From Octopus bimaculoides (lineage: Eukaryota): DNA of 63,622 nucleotides. The DNA is taken from NCBI RefSeq assembly GCF_001194135.2, contig NC_068999.1, positions 51,118,855 through 51,182,476 on the forward strand. Direction: 5' to 3'. This document shows positions 15,001 to 28,063 of this stretch, one piece after another; positions within the stretch are counted from its first letter, which is position 1, and every line of letters begins with the position of its first letter. Position numbers and translations under genes: made by a program. A model generated the notes under the pieces. The model saw nothing but the letters and a program-made list of their open reading frames with translations, ran no database searches and was not told where the DNA came from.

Positions 15001-15604
15001 GGTTACTTATGAAACGGTAAGTGTAACAATTATTGTGACTGATGTGCGTGAGAGAGAGTGGGAGTAAGAGAGAGATTGTGTGTGTGTGTGTGTGTCTGTG
15101 TGTGTGTTTGCTTGTGTGTATTTATGTATATGTGTGTGTGAGTGAGAGATTGTGTATGTATCTGTTTATGTGTGTATGTGTGTGTAGATGTGTTTGTGTG
15201 TGCTTGCTTTTATGCAAGCATATGGGATTGTTGTCGTAAAGTGCTAAAATATATGAGAGAAACGTCCTGGAATTTGTTCGATAAGCATGTGTTTTTTCGT
15301 GTTGTGCATTTCGCTGATTCCTAATAACATCGACATCAGCTCAATTTTTATGTGTACAAAATAATCAGGCGGTGACACAGCTGAGATAATTTAAAATAAA
15401 TTTTATAATGTCGATAGCCCAATGATATACTTTGACAAACAGCTTTCACATAAAACTTTTTCGTTTTTTCTGTTATCTATTTTTTAAAATTATAATACTG
15501 GAAGCATGATTATTTAAGCATATACGCATTCTAACAACATAACTCAGTACAGAAAGACCAATAAATTAGTTTTTTCCACATACATACGCATCACACCCTT
15601 GATA

Positions 15605-15666
<62 letters not shown>

Positions 15667-15679
15667 TACATACATATAC

Positions 15680-15711
<32 letters not shown>

Positions 15712-16661
15712 ATATATATACATATATATATAGGCATACGTATACATATATATTACATATGTACAGATATATGGATATATATATGCATGTGTATGTATGT
15801 AAGTATATATATATATTTACATATATATAAATGTACATCTATGTATACTATATTGATGTATGTGTGTGTGTATACATACATGAATATATACACATCATCA
15901 TCTTATTATAGTATTGGGAACCTCTGCAGTTGTATCTATTTTTGTTTCAATTCTTCGATTTACACACTCTGATAATGAATTTCCTATCTCTTTTCTTTTT
16001 ATTATTTTTTTTCATGTTACTCAGGAATCAATAGACAAATTAGTTGTTCCTTTACCAATCTATCGATTAAACATTATGTTTATATAAATATTCTATTAAC
16101 GATTTCCATGGTTGAAGATAACTTCTATCTGTAAGAAATGCAACGTTATAATTTTTGTACTTTCAATCGCAGGTATATTGATTGAGGTTTTGTTAATCTG
16201 AATGGTTTATGTTTCACTGAAGGGGAAATGAGATTGCGTGAGATTCATGCGTTACTGGAAGGCATTAGTGAGATAAACGAAATGAAATTACCTCAAATGG
16301 AAACCAAAAAGCGCAGTGTTATACTTCTTCGTTGCAAAAAAATCTCAAATATAATTTACGCCAGTTAATGTAGCTTAGCTTAACATAAGGACACCGGTTA
16401 TTGTATCAATACAACTCAATGAATATGAATTTGTTCATCGAATAAACGTTGTACATTAAATCACTATGTTCATTTGTTTGCTTCTTTTGTGCGTAATTTA
16501 TCCGACCGTTTCAAATATAATGAAAGAAGATTAGTAGGAAAGAAATGAAAATTAGTAAGGTTTAAAAATCAAAAAGAATTCTGTGATCCCAAAATTTCAA
16601 CGCATTTACGCACTCGCACACACACACAAACACGTGGGCGTATACACACTTGCATATATTC

Positions 16662-16700
<39 letters not shown>

Positions 16701-17315
16701 TATATGTACATACACACACAAACACAGATATATATATATATANNNNNNNNNNNNNNNNNNNNNNNNNNNNNNNNNNNNNNNNNNNNNNNNNNNNNNNNNN
16801 NNNNNNNNNNNNNNNNNNNNNNNNNNNNNNNNNNNNNNNNNNNNNNNNNNNNNNNNNNNNNNNNNNNNNNNNNNNNNNNNNNNNNNNNNNNNNNNNNNNN
16901 NNNNNNNNNNNNNNNNNNNNNNNNNNNNNNNNNNNNNNNNNNNNNNNNNNNNNNNNNNNNNNNNNNNNNNNNNNNNNNNNNNNNNNNNNNNNNNNNNNNN
17001 NNNNNNNNNNNNNNNNNNNNNNNNNNNNNNNNNNNNNNNNNNNNNNNNNNNNNNNNNNNNNNNNNNNNNNNNNNNNNNNNNNNNNNNNNNNNNNNNNNNN
17101 NNNNNNNNNNNNNNNNNNNNNNNNNNNNNNNNNNNNNNNNNNNNNNNNNNNNNNNNNNNNNNNNNNNNNNNNNNNNNNNNNNNNNNNNNNNNNNNNNNNN
17201 NNNNNNNNNNNNNNNNNNNNNNNNNNNNNNNNNNNNNNNNNNNNNNNNNNNNNNNNNNNNNNNNNNNNNNATATATATATATATATGTAAGTGTGTGTGG
17301 GGTGCGGGTTGTGTT

Positions 17316-17362
<47 letters not shown>

Positions 17363-17394
17363 CTGTGTGTGTGTATGTGTTTAATTCAAATAAA

Positions 17395-17590
17395 CAAATA
17401 ATTAAAAGAACCACGATAAAAAGAAGAAAAAGAACGTGAGGACGTACACAAGGGATGTATTAATTTGGCACTCGGTGAAAGGAGAAAGTTTTTGTTAACG
17501 TTTCGAGCATAACTCTTCGTCGGAAACAGTTAATTCCAAAGGGAAAGAAAGAAAACATAAGGAAAAATCGCCAACAGTCGGTTACATTTC
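17395..17590 (-). mobile_element. HH-family-related element (second subfamily) next to a (TG)n tract
   Basis: On the minus strand, GAAACGTTAACAAAAACTTTCTCCTTTCACCGAGTGCCAAATTAATACATCC aligns with copy 1 GAAACGTTGAAGACTTTCTGTATTCCCGAGCGTCAAACTAATACATCC. Confidence 0.7.
17493..17529 (-). ncRNA. Minimal type-I hammerhead ribozyme-like motif (core variant U4C)
   Basis: CUGUUU-CCGACGA-A-GAGU(uau)GCUC-GAAA-C-GUU-AACA. Stem II keeps its pairing (U-G in place of C-G). Stem I UGUU/AACA pairs with a 1-nt offset. Confidence 0.65.
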
Positions 17591-18467
17591 TGAAGTAATT
17601 ATACCGTGTGTCTATGTGTGAGTTTTATACTTTGGTTTTTAAAAGCGATATATTTATTTTAATCAGCCTATGATTTATGTTTACATTATAATAGTCATTA
17701 ATTATATTCCTTATCCAATCGCCAATTGTTAGAGTAAATATATGAACACAGATTTCCACAACGTCATACAAACATCCAATTGCACCCATCATGAAACTCA
17801 AGTACACATGTGGAGAGATTCATATTTTAGCAACGAATGCATATGGGAAATATCAAGATAACCTGGATCTATCTGCATATTGTATTGAAACTAAAGACGG
17901 CTAAATTAATATATGGCTGGCAATTGTGCACTGTGGGATCACATGACAGGAGGACATTAATGTTATAATTACAACATATACAGTCTACGTAACCTTTAAC
18001 ACTCATTTTATTAGTTATACATGTAATATGAGAAGTCCAAGTGCATCTAAAATGAACAGTCTATATCCATTTTCAAGATCCAAACTGAACACAAGTAATA
18101 TATAAAATGCCTTTAATATGTATCTGTGTACTTGGCATGCTTTTACGTACAATCACACTGCAACGTCAACAGTGTCTTTATAACATCTGATATACGCTAT
18201 AAGATGTATATTCATTGACTGACAGCAACAGCTTACAAGATCTCACCTACTAACACTGGCATGTACATTTTAATTCTGCTGCATATTTGTGCGTATGTGT
18301 GTGTGTATGCCCACGTGCGTGTGCGTGCATGCGTAGAGGGGTACTTTCAAAGTTATTCCACACTTAACCAAAACACACGTTACAACTTCTCGATACATTT
18401 CACCCGATAAATTTTACCACTTTACTTAATCGAATACATCAAGAGACAGACAGGCAAACAGACAGAC

Positions 18468-18469
18468 AC

Positions 18470-18557
<88 letters not shown>

Positions 18558-18620
18558 CAACTTAGAGATAGTGAGTGAGTGAGTGAGTGAGTGAGTGAGT
18601 GAGTGAGTGAGTGAGTGAGC
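18468..18620. repeat. (GATA)n followed by (GAGT)n tetranucleotide repeats
   Basis: Directly visible. Confidence 0.95.
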
Positions 18621-18892
18621 GAGAGGGGGTGCATATGGATGAGAAGAAAGCCAGCTATTACGACAACGAATGCATGTACAAGAGCAATCTCAAAATGATA
18701 TAAACTTATGTAAATATCATACAAAAAAGGGAGTTTTCTTTTTATAACGCATCATCATGCAAATCTATCATTAGTTAACAAGCTTTTATCCCAGAAAAGA
18801 TGACCTCTCAGTGTGACGTTAGAATATACAGCAAATTTTGCTTTTTTTTTTTTTTGCTTTTCTTCCCATTTGCAATCTGCAAATTGTTTTAG

Positions 18893-18893
<1 letters not shown>

Positions 18894-18957
<64 letters not shown>

Positions 18958-19047
18958 AAGAAGAAGAAGAAGAAGAAGAAGAAGAAGAAGAAAAAGAAGA
19001 AGAAGAAGAAGAAGAAGAAGAAGAAGAAGAAGAAGAAGAAGAAGAAG

Positions 19048-19076
<29 letters not shown>
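18894..19076. repeat. Compound (AAT)n(AAG)n microsatellite
   Basis: Directly visible. Lies just 3' of the minus-strand RTE-like remnant. Confidence 0.95.
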
Positions 19077-19078
<2 letters not shown>

Positions 19079-19199
19079 TAATGGAAATACTAAGACTAGT
19101 AAAAGAAGGCATAAAAAACATCCTACTTTTTATAAATCCAATAAGGTAATTCAACAAATTCTTTCGTGATCATGTATTTATTTATTGTTTTAATATGTG

Positions 19200-20420
19200 C
19201 TTTTCTGGACCTTTTTTTTATATTATTCTACTACCAGTACTCTTCCATCTTCCTCCGGCTCCATTTTATACTATTTTTTTCTTTCTTTCTCATCTTCTTA
19301 TTCTCATAATTTTTTCATATCGACTTCAATATTATCATCATTGCAAAGGAAAAATGTATTCTAAACAAACCTCATTTTGTCATTGTTTTATTTTGTTTGA
19401 AGCTAAGCCAGCCCAGAGTTTTTAATCGCTTAGATTCTATTTCAGTTGTTGGATATGACAATAAACATCTACTTCAAACATTCACCAAGACGAAAGATTT
19501 TTATTGTTGTCTCTTTACCTAACACAACATTCACGTTAAATATATCTAAACTCGTCTTTTCTTTTTGCTTTGTTTTTTATCGCCTTCTTGTTTCTCATTT
19601 TCCGCTCCCGCACCTTAACATTTAGATTTAATTTACTTTTTCTTTTTTTTTTCTGTTAATGTCCTAAAACTCCCCAGTACCTTTTATATTTTCGGATAGA
19701 AAAAGAAACCATCATATTTTTCCTCGCAAATTTTTATGGCAGTTCTCTTTCTAAAACACATTGTGCTAGCTTTTATTTAATTCCTTGTTTTTCCTTTTAA
19801 AATTACATTTTCTTTATTACTTGGTGTTTACTTCAGGTATTGTTTGGTTTGCATTTAATATGTTGGATAGGATATTCTATTGCTACTAGAGTTATTTTAC
19901 TTCTTGAAGTTGTCCTTGTTTGTTATATCTATTCCTAGATTTAGTATATTTCTTAAATCGATATTTGTTTCTGCTTTCTTCTTTTGCATTTCGTTTACTT
20001 ATTGTTCTCTTATTTGTTCTGTCATATTGTAATTGTTGCAATTGTTGGTTTGATAACGCTTTTCTGACGCTTCTGTTTTGGTTGTTGCTATTGTAGATAT
20101 TCCTAAAGTAGTTGCTAGTGACTTTCCTGTTCATGATATTTTGGTCGTTGCTGTATTTTATTTACTATCACACATATTACACCGCTATTTCTGTTGTTCT
20201 TTTTCTCTTATGCATATTTCCAGTAGTGCATTTCAAGATTAACGTATTAGTATTGTTGTCAAGTAACTATCTCTCTCAGCACGTTTCCCCGAAGGAAACA
20301 GCTCAACCAACATCTAATGTTGATTAATGTATTGTAAAGGCTTAAGTCGTATTGAACGCTTCTGACAGTCACTCTCCATTTATCGTTTCTTCTGCGGTTT
20401 TCTTTGCTAGTTTTGTCAAT
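19200..20420 (-). mobile_element. Heavily decayed RTE-like LINE, RT and C-terminal remnant
   Basis: Collinear minus-strand motif remnants with stops and frameshifts: TINGE*LSEAFN (~20351-20390), YA*E where YADD is expected (~20205-20216), LGIDITNKD (~19912-19938, cf. YLG), KRLK..WAGLA (~19402-19431, cf. RLRWAGHVAR). Spacing fits RTE-type RTs. Confidence 0.6.
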
Positions 20421-20557
20421 GCTACCCACAAACTTGATGTTCCGTTTGTAATGTATTTTAATAGGAGTACTGTTGATCGGTTTCTTTTTTGTGCTGCAAC
20501 ATAAAGTATATGGAAGCAATGTTTACATTGGTCCAAGAAATACAAATATTCTAAGTT

Positions 20558-20601
<44 letters not shown>

Positions 20602-20814
20602 ACACACATACACACATACATATATATATATATATATACACGATGTTTATATATATATATACATATATATATATACATATACATATATATATATATGTAT
20701 ATATATGCATATATATATATATATATGCATATATATAGACATATTTGCAAATATAAATATATGTATATATATGTATATATATGTATATATATATGTACAC
20801 ACACACACACACAT

Positions 20815-20854
<40 letters not shown>

Positions 20855-21324
20855 GTCTGCGTATGTTTTTTCTGTACTGTACTTCCATTCTTATAGTTTC
20901 AGTAAATTAAATAATGAAATAATAGTGTCGATATGATGGACAATAATTTTCCATAAACATGGGTCCTTTGTTGGGGGTTATATTATAAACCATAGCCTTT
21001 ATTTTAGTATTAAATTCTATGTCAACTATAACAGACTAGCAGGAGTGACAGGGGGCCAATAATGTCTTTAATGAGTTCATCGAATCAGCGAGAATATTCC
21101 AATATGCCAAACCTCCATTGCTATTTCTTATCACAGTGCATTTGGAAATGTTTGTAAAGTATTGCCATAATCTAATGGCATACCACAGACGCTGATTTTA
21201 TTATTCAAGATAGAACGACAGTAATTTCTGGCCTAGGAAAGGATTTGAAAGGGGGAGAAAACTGAAAATAAATATTCACAATTATCCATCCTCCGTATCA
21301 GATGTTCGCATTACTAAATAGGGA

Positions 21325-21450
21325 AAAAGCTCGCGTTGCCAACAGTGGTTTACGGTTTTGTCCCACTGCGTAGCAACTTTGGCAAGTATCGTTTATTATA
21401 CACTGGGCAGACCAATGCCTTGCGAATGAATTTGATAGAGCAGAAACTGT
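21325..21450 (+). mobile_element. Degenerate SINE family C
   Basis: GGTTTTGTCCCACTGCGTAGCAACTTTGGCAAGT...GACCAATGCCTTG...GAAACTG matches the other C copies. Confidence 0.65.
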
Positions 21451-21486
21451 TCGGAATGCTATCGTAAATATCTCTCTCTCCCCTCT

Positions 21487-21530
<44 letters not shown>

Positions 21531-21589
21531 TTATATATATATGTATATCTATCTTTATACATATATACATATACATACATACATAAATA

Positions 21590-21629
<40 letters not shown>

Positions 21630-22123
21630 NNNNNNNNNNNNNNNNNNNNNNNNNNNNNNNNNNNNNNNNNNNNNNNNNNNNNNNNNNNNNNNNNNNNNNN
21701 NNNNNNNNNNNNNNNNNNNNNNNNNNNNNNNNNNNNNNNNNNNNNNNNNNNNNNNNNNNNNNNNNNNNNNNNNNNNNNNNNNNNNNNNNNNNNNNNNNNN
21801 NNNNNNNNNNNNNNNNNNNNNNNNNNNNNNNNNNNNNNNNNNNNNNNNNNNNNNNNNNNNNNNNNNNNNNNNNNNNNNNNNNNNNNNNNNNNNNNNNNNN
21901 NNNNNNNNNNNNNNNNNNNNNNNNNNNNNNNNNNNNNNNNNNNNNNNNNNNNNNNNNNNNNNNNNNNNNNNNNNNNNNNNNNNNNNNNNNNNNNNNNNNN
22001 NNNNNNNNNNNNNNNNNNNNNNNNNNNNNNNNNNNNNNNNNNNNNNNNNNNNNNNNNNNNNNNNNNNNNNNNNNNNNNNNNNNNNNNNNNNNNNNNNNNN
22101 NNNNNNNNNNNNNNNNNNNNNNN

Positions 22124-22154
<31 letters not shown>

Positions 22155-22204
22155 ATACATACGTGAATGTGTGCTAACATTCTTACTTTCAGAAACATGT
22201 TTAA

Positions 22205-22320
22205 AGGTTCAGTCCCCTGCGTGGCACCTTCAGCAAACGTTTTGTACTATAGCTTGGGGGCTGACCAAAGACTTGTTAGTGGATCTGGTAGACGAAAACT
22301 GAAAAACGCCTCTCGTATAT
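22205..22320 (+). mobile_element. SINE family C, 5'-truncated
   Basis: GGTTCAGTCCCCTGCGTGGCACCTT...GACCAAAGACTTGTTAGTGGATCTGGTAGACGAAAACTGAAA. Confidence 0.8.
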
Positions 22321-22639
22321 GCATGCGTGTGCGTTCGTGCGTGCATGTGTGCATGTGTGCATTTATGCATATGTGTCTTATATATACATATATGTAATAT
22401 ATATACATATACATAATTTTGCCTGTTTATGTATGTGAATTTATACATACTTTAATTCTTTTGTTAACCCGTACGTGTCTTATAAATGTTCCTTTCAGCG
22501 ATCTATAGTCAAAATCCAAAACATGCCAGAAGGTATTGCAAAATCTATGCACTTGTAATGGAACACCTGGTCAGTAAGAAGAAATATCGACAGTGTATAC
22601 CATATTCAGTACGTTTTAGTGTTATGATCTACTCAATTG

Positions 22640-22731
<92 letters not shown>

Positions 22732-22733
<2 letters not shown>

Positions 22734-22853
22734 GGGTGATTCAAAAGTCACCATACAGAGGAAATATTTATTCTTTTTATATGAAACGGTTAAATAAAAA
22801 AATTATTTACAAAATAAATTGCTCTTATGTATGGCGACTATTGAATCACCCTG
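22732..22853. mobile_element. 122-bp Tc1/mariner-type MITE
   Basis: TIRs C[C/A]GGGTGATTCAA[A/T]AGTC[A/G]CCATACA match at 23 of 26 positions. TA on both sides (22730-22731, 22854-22855). AT-rich non-coding interior. Confidence 0.85.
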
Positions 22854-24491
22854 TAGAATGAATGCTTGGTTCGCAAACGTGGTTTATATGAGATTTGTCA
22901 ATAAAAAGAAAATTCACAACGGTAGCGATAGTTGAGCAATTGGAAATAAGTGTTAATTCGAAAAATGTTTTGTAACATATAGAAATAAAAAGACGCAGTC
23001 ATTTTCCAAATGTGCTTCGTTATTGTCCAACGCCACTAGTATTTCATAACTGAATATTATTTGTTCTAATGTCAACCCAATCTCCTGTCCTTTATTGTTT
23101 TTTTTTTTAAGGTTCGTCCTTAGATTTTAAATCCTCCTCCCCTGCGGCAACACGATCGCAAAGTTTAAAAATACCAAAACTAACAGGATACTTTTTCTAG
23201 AACGATTTAAGAAATCTAAAGGAAAGAACAACAAAAATTATTGATAAAATGTTGCACGCAAATAAAACATCTGATGAGGTTTTCATACGAGAACGAAGGA
23301 AAAGAAACTGTCTCAAAATATAACATGATTTCGTGAGTTATACATGGCGTTTCACAGACACAAACTAACAGTTTCTCAATTTAGTATCGTTTTATTTTTA
23401 TTTGTGCAACGAAACAACACTAAAAGCTAAATTGAGATAACAAATAATAACACAAATAAAATGGAATAAATTTAACAAATACAGAAAATGCCAACAGTAA
23501 ACGTTCAATTTTCACTTTTTTCTTCTTTACATTGCTGACGTGGATTTGTTGTGATGTTGAAGTGATTAATAAATTGATAAATATTTACGAAAAGGAATAC
23601 TTGTTGTACTCAATGAATGAAAAGACTGAGGAGTTAATCCGATAATCGCATCATACACAGATTTCTGCTGATAAACAGGTGCTGTGGAAAGCGAAAAGGA
23701 AATGGAAAGAAAGCGCTTCACTCCATCAAGAAGAAGCGACGAAAAATAGCAATAACAATAACAACAACAAAAATAGCAATATAACCACTACCACTACAAC
23801 TACTACAACTGCTACTAATACTACTACTACTACTAATAATAATAATAATAATAATAATAATACATAAAGGCATTATTCCACTTGTGAAGTGAAATTGCTC
23901 TTCACAAATGAATGGCATGGAATCTCTAAAGCGACTAAATGCAATAACAAGTACAACAAGCATCATCTACAGAAAATAAGAAATTCAATACTTTCTTATT
24001 TTATGTCTTTTATGTTGGGAGTTTTATTTCTCTTATTTCTTTAATAATTTTTTTTTAACAATTGTCATTATAAATCTTAAAATAATTTCGTCAATTAATT
24101 CCATGTTTGTATCTCACTGAAAACGTTCAGCTGCTCTACATTGTGTGAGATGGAAGCGAAAATATCTAAGATGTTGACGTTTAATTTTTTTTTTTTTAAT
24201 TCTTATTTCGCTTATCTTTTCATTTATTTCATATTACTTTTTATGTCTATGAAAAACAGTAAATATTTTTTCACTCATAAAATACGAAAACAAGCGGAAG
24301 AGAGCGGGAATATTTCCGAAAGAAACACATTGGTTACAACAAAAGTAAACGAAAATTCGGCAAAAAACAACATTATACAGTGAAGTAAAATACCATTTGA
24401 ATCGACAAATGTATAGTAGTGAAATATTAAGATAGGCACACACGCATATATTCAAATTTGTTGGATGAGTGTATGGATAAACGAATTGTTA

Positions 24492-24707
24492 TGTCTCAAG
24501 CTACTGCTATCTAGCGCCTTCGGATGATCTCTCCTCAACCGCTACACAACTGCTATTTGACTACTACTCAACTGCTACTCAACACCCTACCACGGCCAGA
24601 CTACCTCTATTTATATGTCTTGGGAGATCCTACGTCTTTGCCTGGGGGCATAGACACGACACGAATTAATGTACGTGATAGAGTATGAGTCAAAAATATC
24701 CCGGACA
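24492..24707 (-). mobile_element. Candidate solo LTR
   Basis: TGTC...GACA termini, minus-strand TATAAATAGAGG, higher GC than flanks, internal CAACTGCTA repeats. Only a 3-bp TTA flank match, shorter than a normal LTR TSD. Confidence 0.35.
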
Positions 24708-27700
24708 TTAACTGGTAGCATTAAAACTGTTTGCACTTTTGTAAGCAGTGACACAGTAAAAAGGATACGAAATATTTGTGAACAAACTACCCGAGCACGG
24801 TAAAGTAAGGTGATATTATTAATGAAAAGCGTTAGTAAAGTAGGCAGTTACTCGTGACTAGTGGATGCTGCGTAATTGGTCACGCGAATTCTCATAGTTG
24901 AATCTGTTGCAGAATGAGAGCAAGCCAATTAAACTGTTAATAATTAGAATGAACCGGAGGGTATTGAATCCAGATATAAATTCAGCTGCAAAAGAGTTTA
25001 TATGTTAATATTCATATGATTTTAATACTACTTATTTCTCTCATTCAGAATGGAGCTTTCAAATTTGCATGCAAAAGGCCCAGCGAAAGCAGCAGTTTGA
25101 TAATAATATTTCGATCATATAGAGGAGAGATATCACTATATCTTTAATATTTGTGACATGTCTGACAGACGTAATGTAAAATCACTTGCTCCATTAGAAT
25201 ACATAATAGACCTGTCAAATATTTCACTCGTAATTGAAGGATGACTAGAACTCTGGCGTCTCACTGCCCAGATAAATCGAATCAGAGGTGGGGAATTTTC
25301 TTTCCTCCCTGAACTAAAACAGTATAAGTATTGTTAGCAACTACATTTAAAAACGTCTTCATTATGTCTCATATAATAATTTACAATGCTGTCCAAGAGT
25401 TTAATATTGACTCAGTAAATTAAGTATATAACTCTTTTAGTAAGATAGAAAATCTTAAGTCGATAGTCTTAAATCGGCAGTTAGATTTATTTCTACTGTT
25501 GTATTTTGAATAGGACAACGGGTGAACTTTAAACGCATATGTTTTACTGTAGGGTTTAATCTTTGAACCTTTCCTGGCAGCATTACTGATTTTATTGTCG
25601 TATGCATTTGGCAGCTTACAGTATGCTTCTGGAATTGTTAATCCACCACTATGCGAATAATGACATCTAAATTGATGTCTTCCTTTGTGGAGTAGTTGAA
25701 ATGCTATCTTTATAACTTTTTATTGCAATTGAATACACTTCTAGCATGAACCTCAACACAGGAAAGTGGCCATATCGCATATTTCCTTTTCTGAGATAGA
25801 TCACAAATATCCCTCTACGTTAGAGAACGCTTAGGGCATGTGGTGTAATCAATTTCACAGGGTGTACATTACCATTAACTAGCCATGTATTTTCTAATTT
25901 TACTATTAATTCTACTAGGACTTTTCTAATTAAATAAAAGACATACTAGCCACCAAAAGCAAAAGGAATAAGTTTTTCAGCGCATGCAAAATTAAAGTCA
26001 GTTATTCTAGCCTGAACAACAGTTCATCGAAATTTTTCGCTGCAAAGAAAGATCTACAAATTCACGCATCCGAACACCAAAATTGCAACTGTTCTAGTCA
26101 ATCGCCTTTTTCATTCAGATTTGTTTGATAACAAAGAATGGGTATACACAATCGATGTACCCATCACATTTAAATATATTATATTGTATATGAATATTTG
26201 ATAAATCGTAATTCACTACCGCTTGTCTATTTTTCGTGCAATTTAAAGGAAATATTCTGCGGTATTTACGTTCACTATTTCAGCCAATGTCTGAACTCTA
26301 ATGTAGTATTGACAAATTCACAAATCAATCATCAGGTGAACAAACCCTTATTACTGTATGAAAAGGTAATCTGAAAATAATATTTGTTACATAACTGAAC
26401 AGGCTGTATGCATATATAATCATGTAAATACATTAGGGATTCATGATACACGACACATATTTATCAATGAATGGAGAGATGTATTAGCGAATATTTACTA
26501 GAAAGAAATATATTTATCTGTGTGTGCATTTATATTTATGTATTTGCTTGTATACACATTTGTCTGCACATGTGAATGATTGAAGAAATAAAGTTAGAAA
26601 TCATTACCACATTCCATTCACGTTAGTAACGGAGGATGGTACACATACACACATAGTGACACACACCCAAGCATATATACATGTGTAAGTGTACGTGTGA
26701 GGGAGCGAGTGAGTGAGTGTATGCATATGTATGAATATATATATATACATATACATATATATATATACATGCATACTCACACAAACTCATGCTCATACAC
26801 ACACATATACAAGCACGTATATGTCCGTACACACACACGTGCATTCATACAGATGCATGTGTGTGCATATGTATGTATGTGTGTGTGTAGGCAAGCATGC
26901 ATGTGTGAAATAATGTGGTGAACGACTCTAAACGTGCAATAAATACGTGATATTCCTGCCGCCATTTAAAAGATAACGTTCTCCAATTGATTATTTCACG
27001 AAAAGCAACAACTTTCAATGCAGTAAGACCTTACTTTCAGGCCCATTGCATTACTCCATCATTGCGAATAGTGTAAATTTTTCTCTTAGATCTTCTGCCA
27101 CACACTTCCAACTCTTGCTTGCTATCTATTATTGCAATCGTAATATACGTATCCATTAAATGTGAAAATCTGCAATAACTTCCATCGATCAATGTTATTT
27201 TAGCGTCTCAAATATTTATAACCCTTCATTTTACCTCGTGACATTGCTTTAATCTAATGTGTTCCCATCTACTAAATTATAACTAATATTGGATACCCGC
27301 AATTTATTGCACTATGACTTAAGGTTAATGCAACTAAACCCAAATTTAGCATTATTTTCGTTTCGTTCTTGATACCGTTTATTTATATATCAAGCATCAA
27401 GTAAATATATGATCGCTTTTTCCCATCACATTCACCTTTGTCAATACGTTACGAATGTAATATATACATTCACTAGACCCATTTTGAACTATTTACATAC
27501 AATAAGTTCAATGACTGGAGAAAAACGGTTTTAATTTGTAAAAAATCGGTTTGTATTATGTTGGAAAACTTGTATTTCTTGTTTGTATATTACACTGTAG
27601 TTTCACTTTCGGTTGTTTTATTCTTTACATTTATTTGCAAAATTTAGCAGGGAAAATATATGAGTATTGGCATTTCGCCGATATTTTCTGAAGTTACTTC

Positions 27701-27898
27701 CATTTCCACTGGAAATACGGTCTCTAAGATTGCGTAGCATTTGTTGTGATGCGCTTTGACTTACCTAATGTACTTCTATTTTCTCAACATTTGTTACTCC
27801 CCTATTCTTACTAACTTACTAATTGTATCGAGCACTTGTAGAAAATAAACGTTTATTTTATGCTTTAATGCAATGAAAAAAACAATTGCTCATGTTTC

Positions 27899-28063
27899 CG
27901 TAACCAGACATTGAATACTAACACAGTGAAGAAGTATATATACCACACAAGTGCATCGGACCTCTGCAGAATATGTGGGAAGCGGGTCGAAAGTGTGACT
28001 TACATTGTTAGTACTTGTGAAAGTCTTGCATAGAAAGAGTACAAGCGTAGACACGACAAAGTA
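27899..28063 (+). mobile_element. R4/Dong-like (RLE-type) non-LTR retrotransposon remnant, zinc knuckle
   Basis: Translates RNQTLNTNTVKKYIYHTSASDLCRICGKRVESVTYIVSTCESLA*KEYKRRHDKV. This is the CxxC-E-H-C knuckle (His decayed to Tyr) plus the YKRRHD motif characteristic of RLE-clade LINEs. Confidence 0.8.

Noticed and set aside
16185-16372. Protein-like plus-strand frame FTEGEMRLREIHALLEGISEINEMKLPQMETKK
   Set aside because: About 60 codons, no recognisable family and no convincing splice-site pair.
18335-18360. GAGGGGTACTTTCAAAG resembles a mariner TIR start
   Set aside because: No matching second TIR was found.
23271-23298. CTGATGA-G-GTTTTC(atac)GAGAAC-GAAG hammerhead-like string
   Set aside because: GAAG replaces GAAA, there is no stem III or cleavage triplet, and no stem I partner was found.
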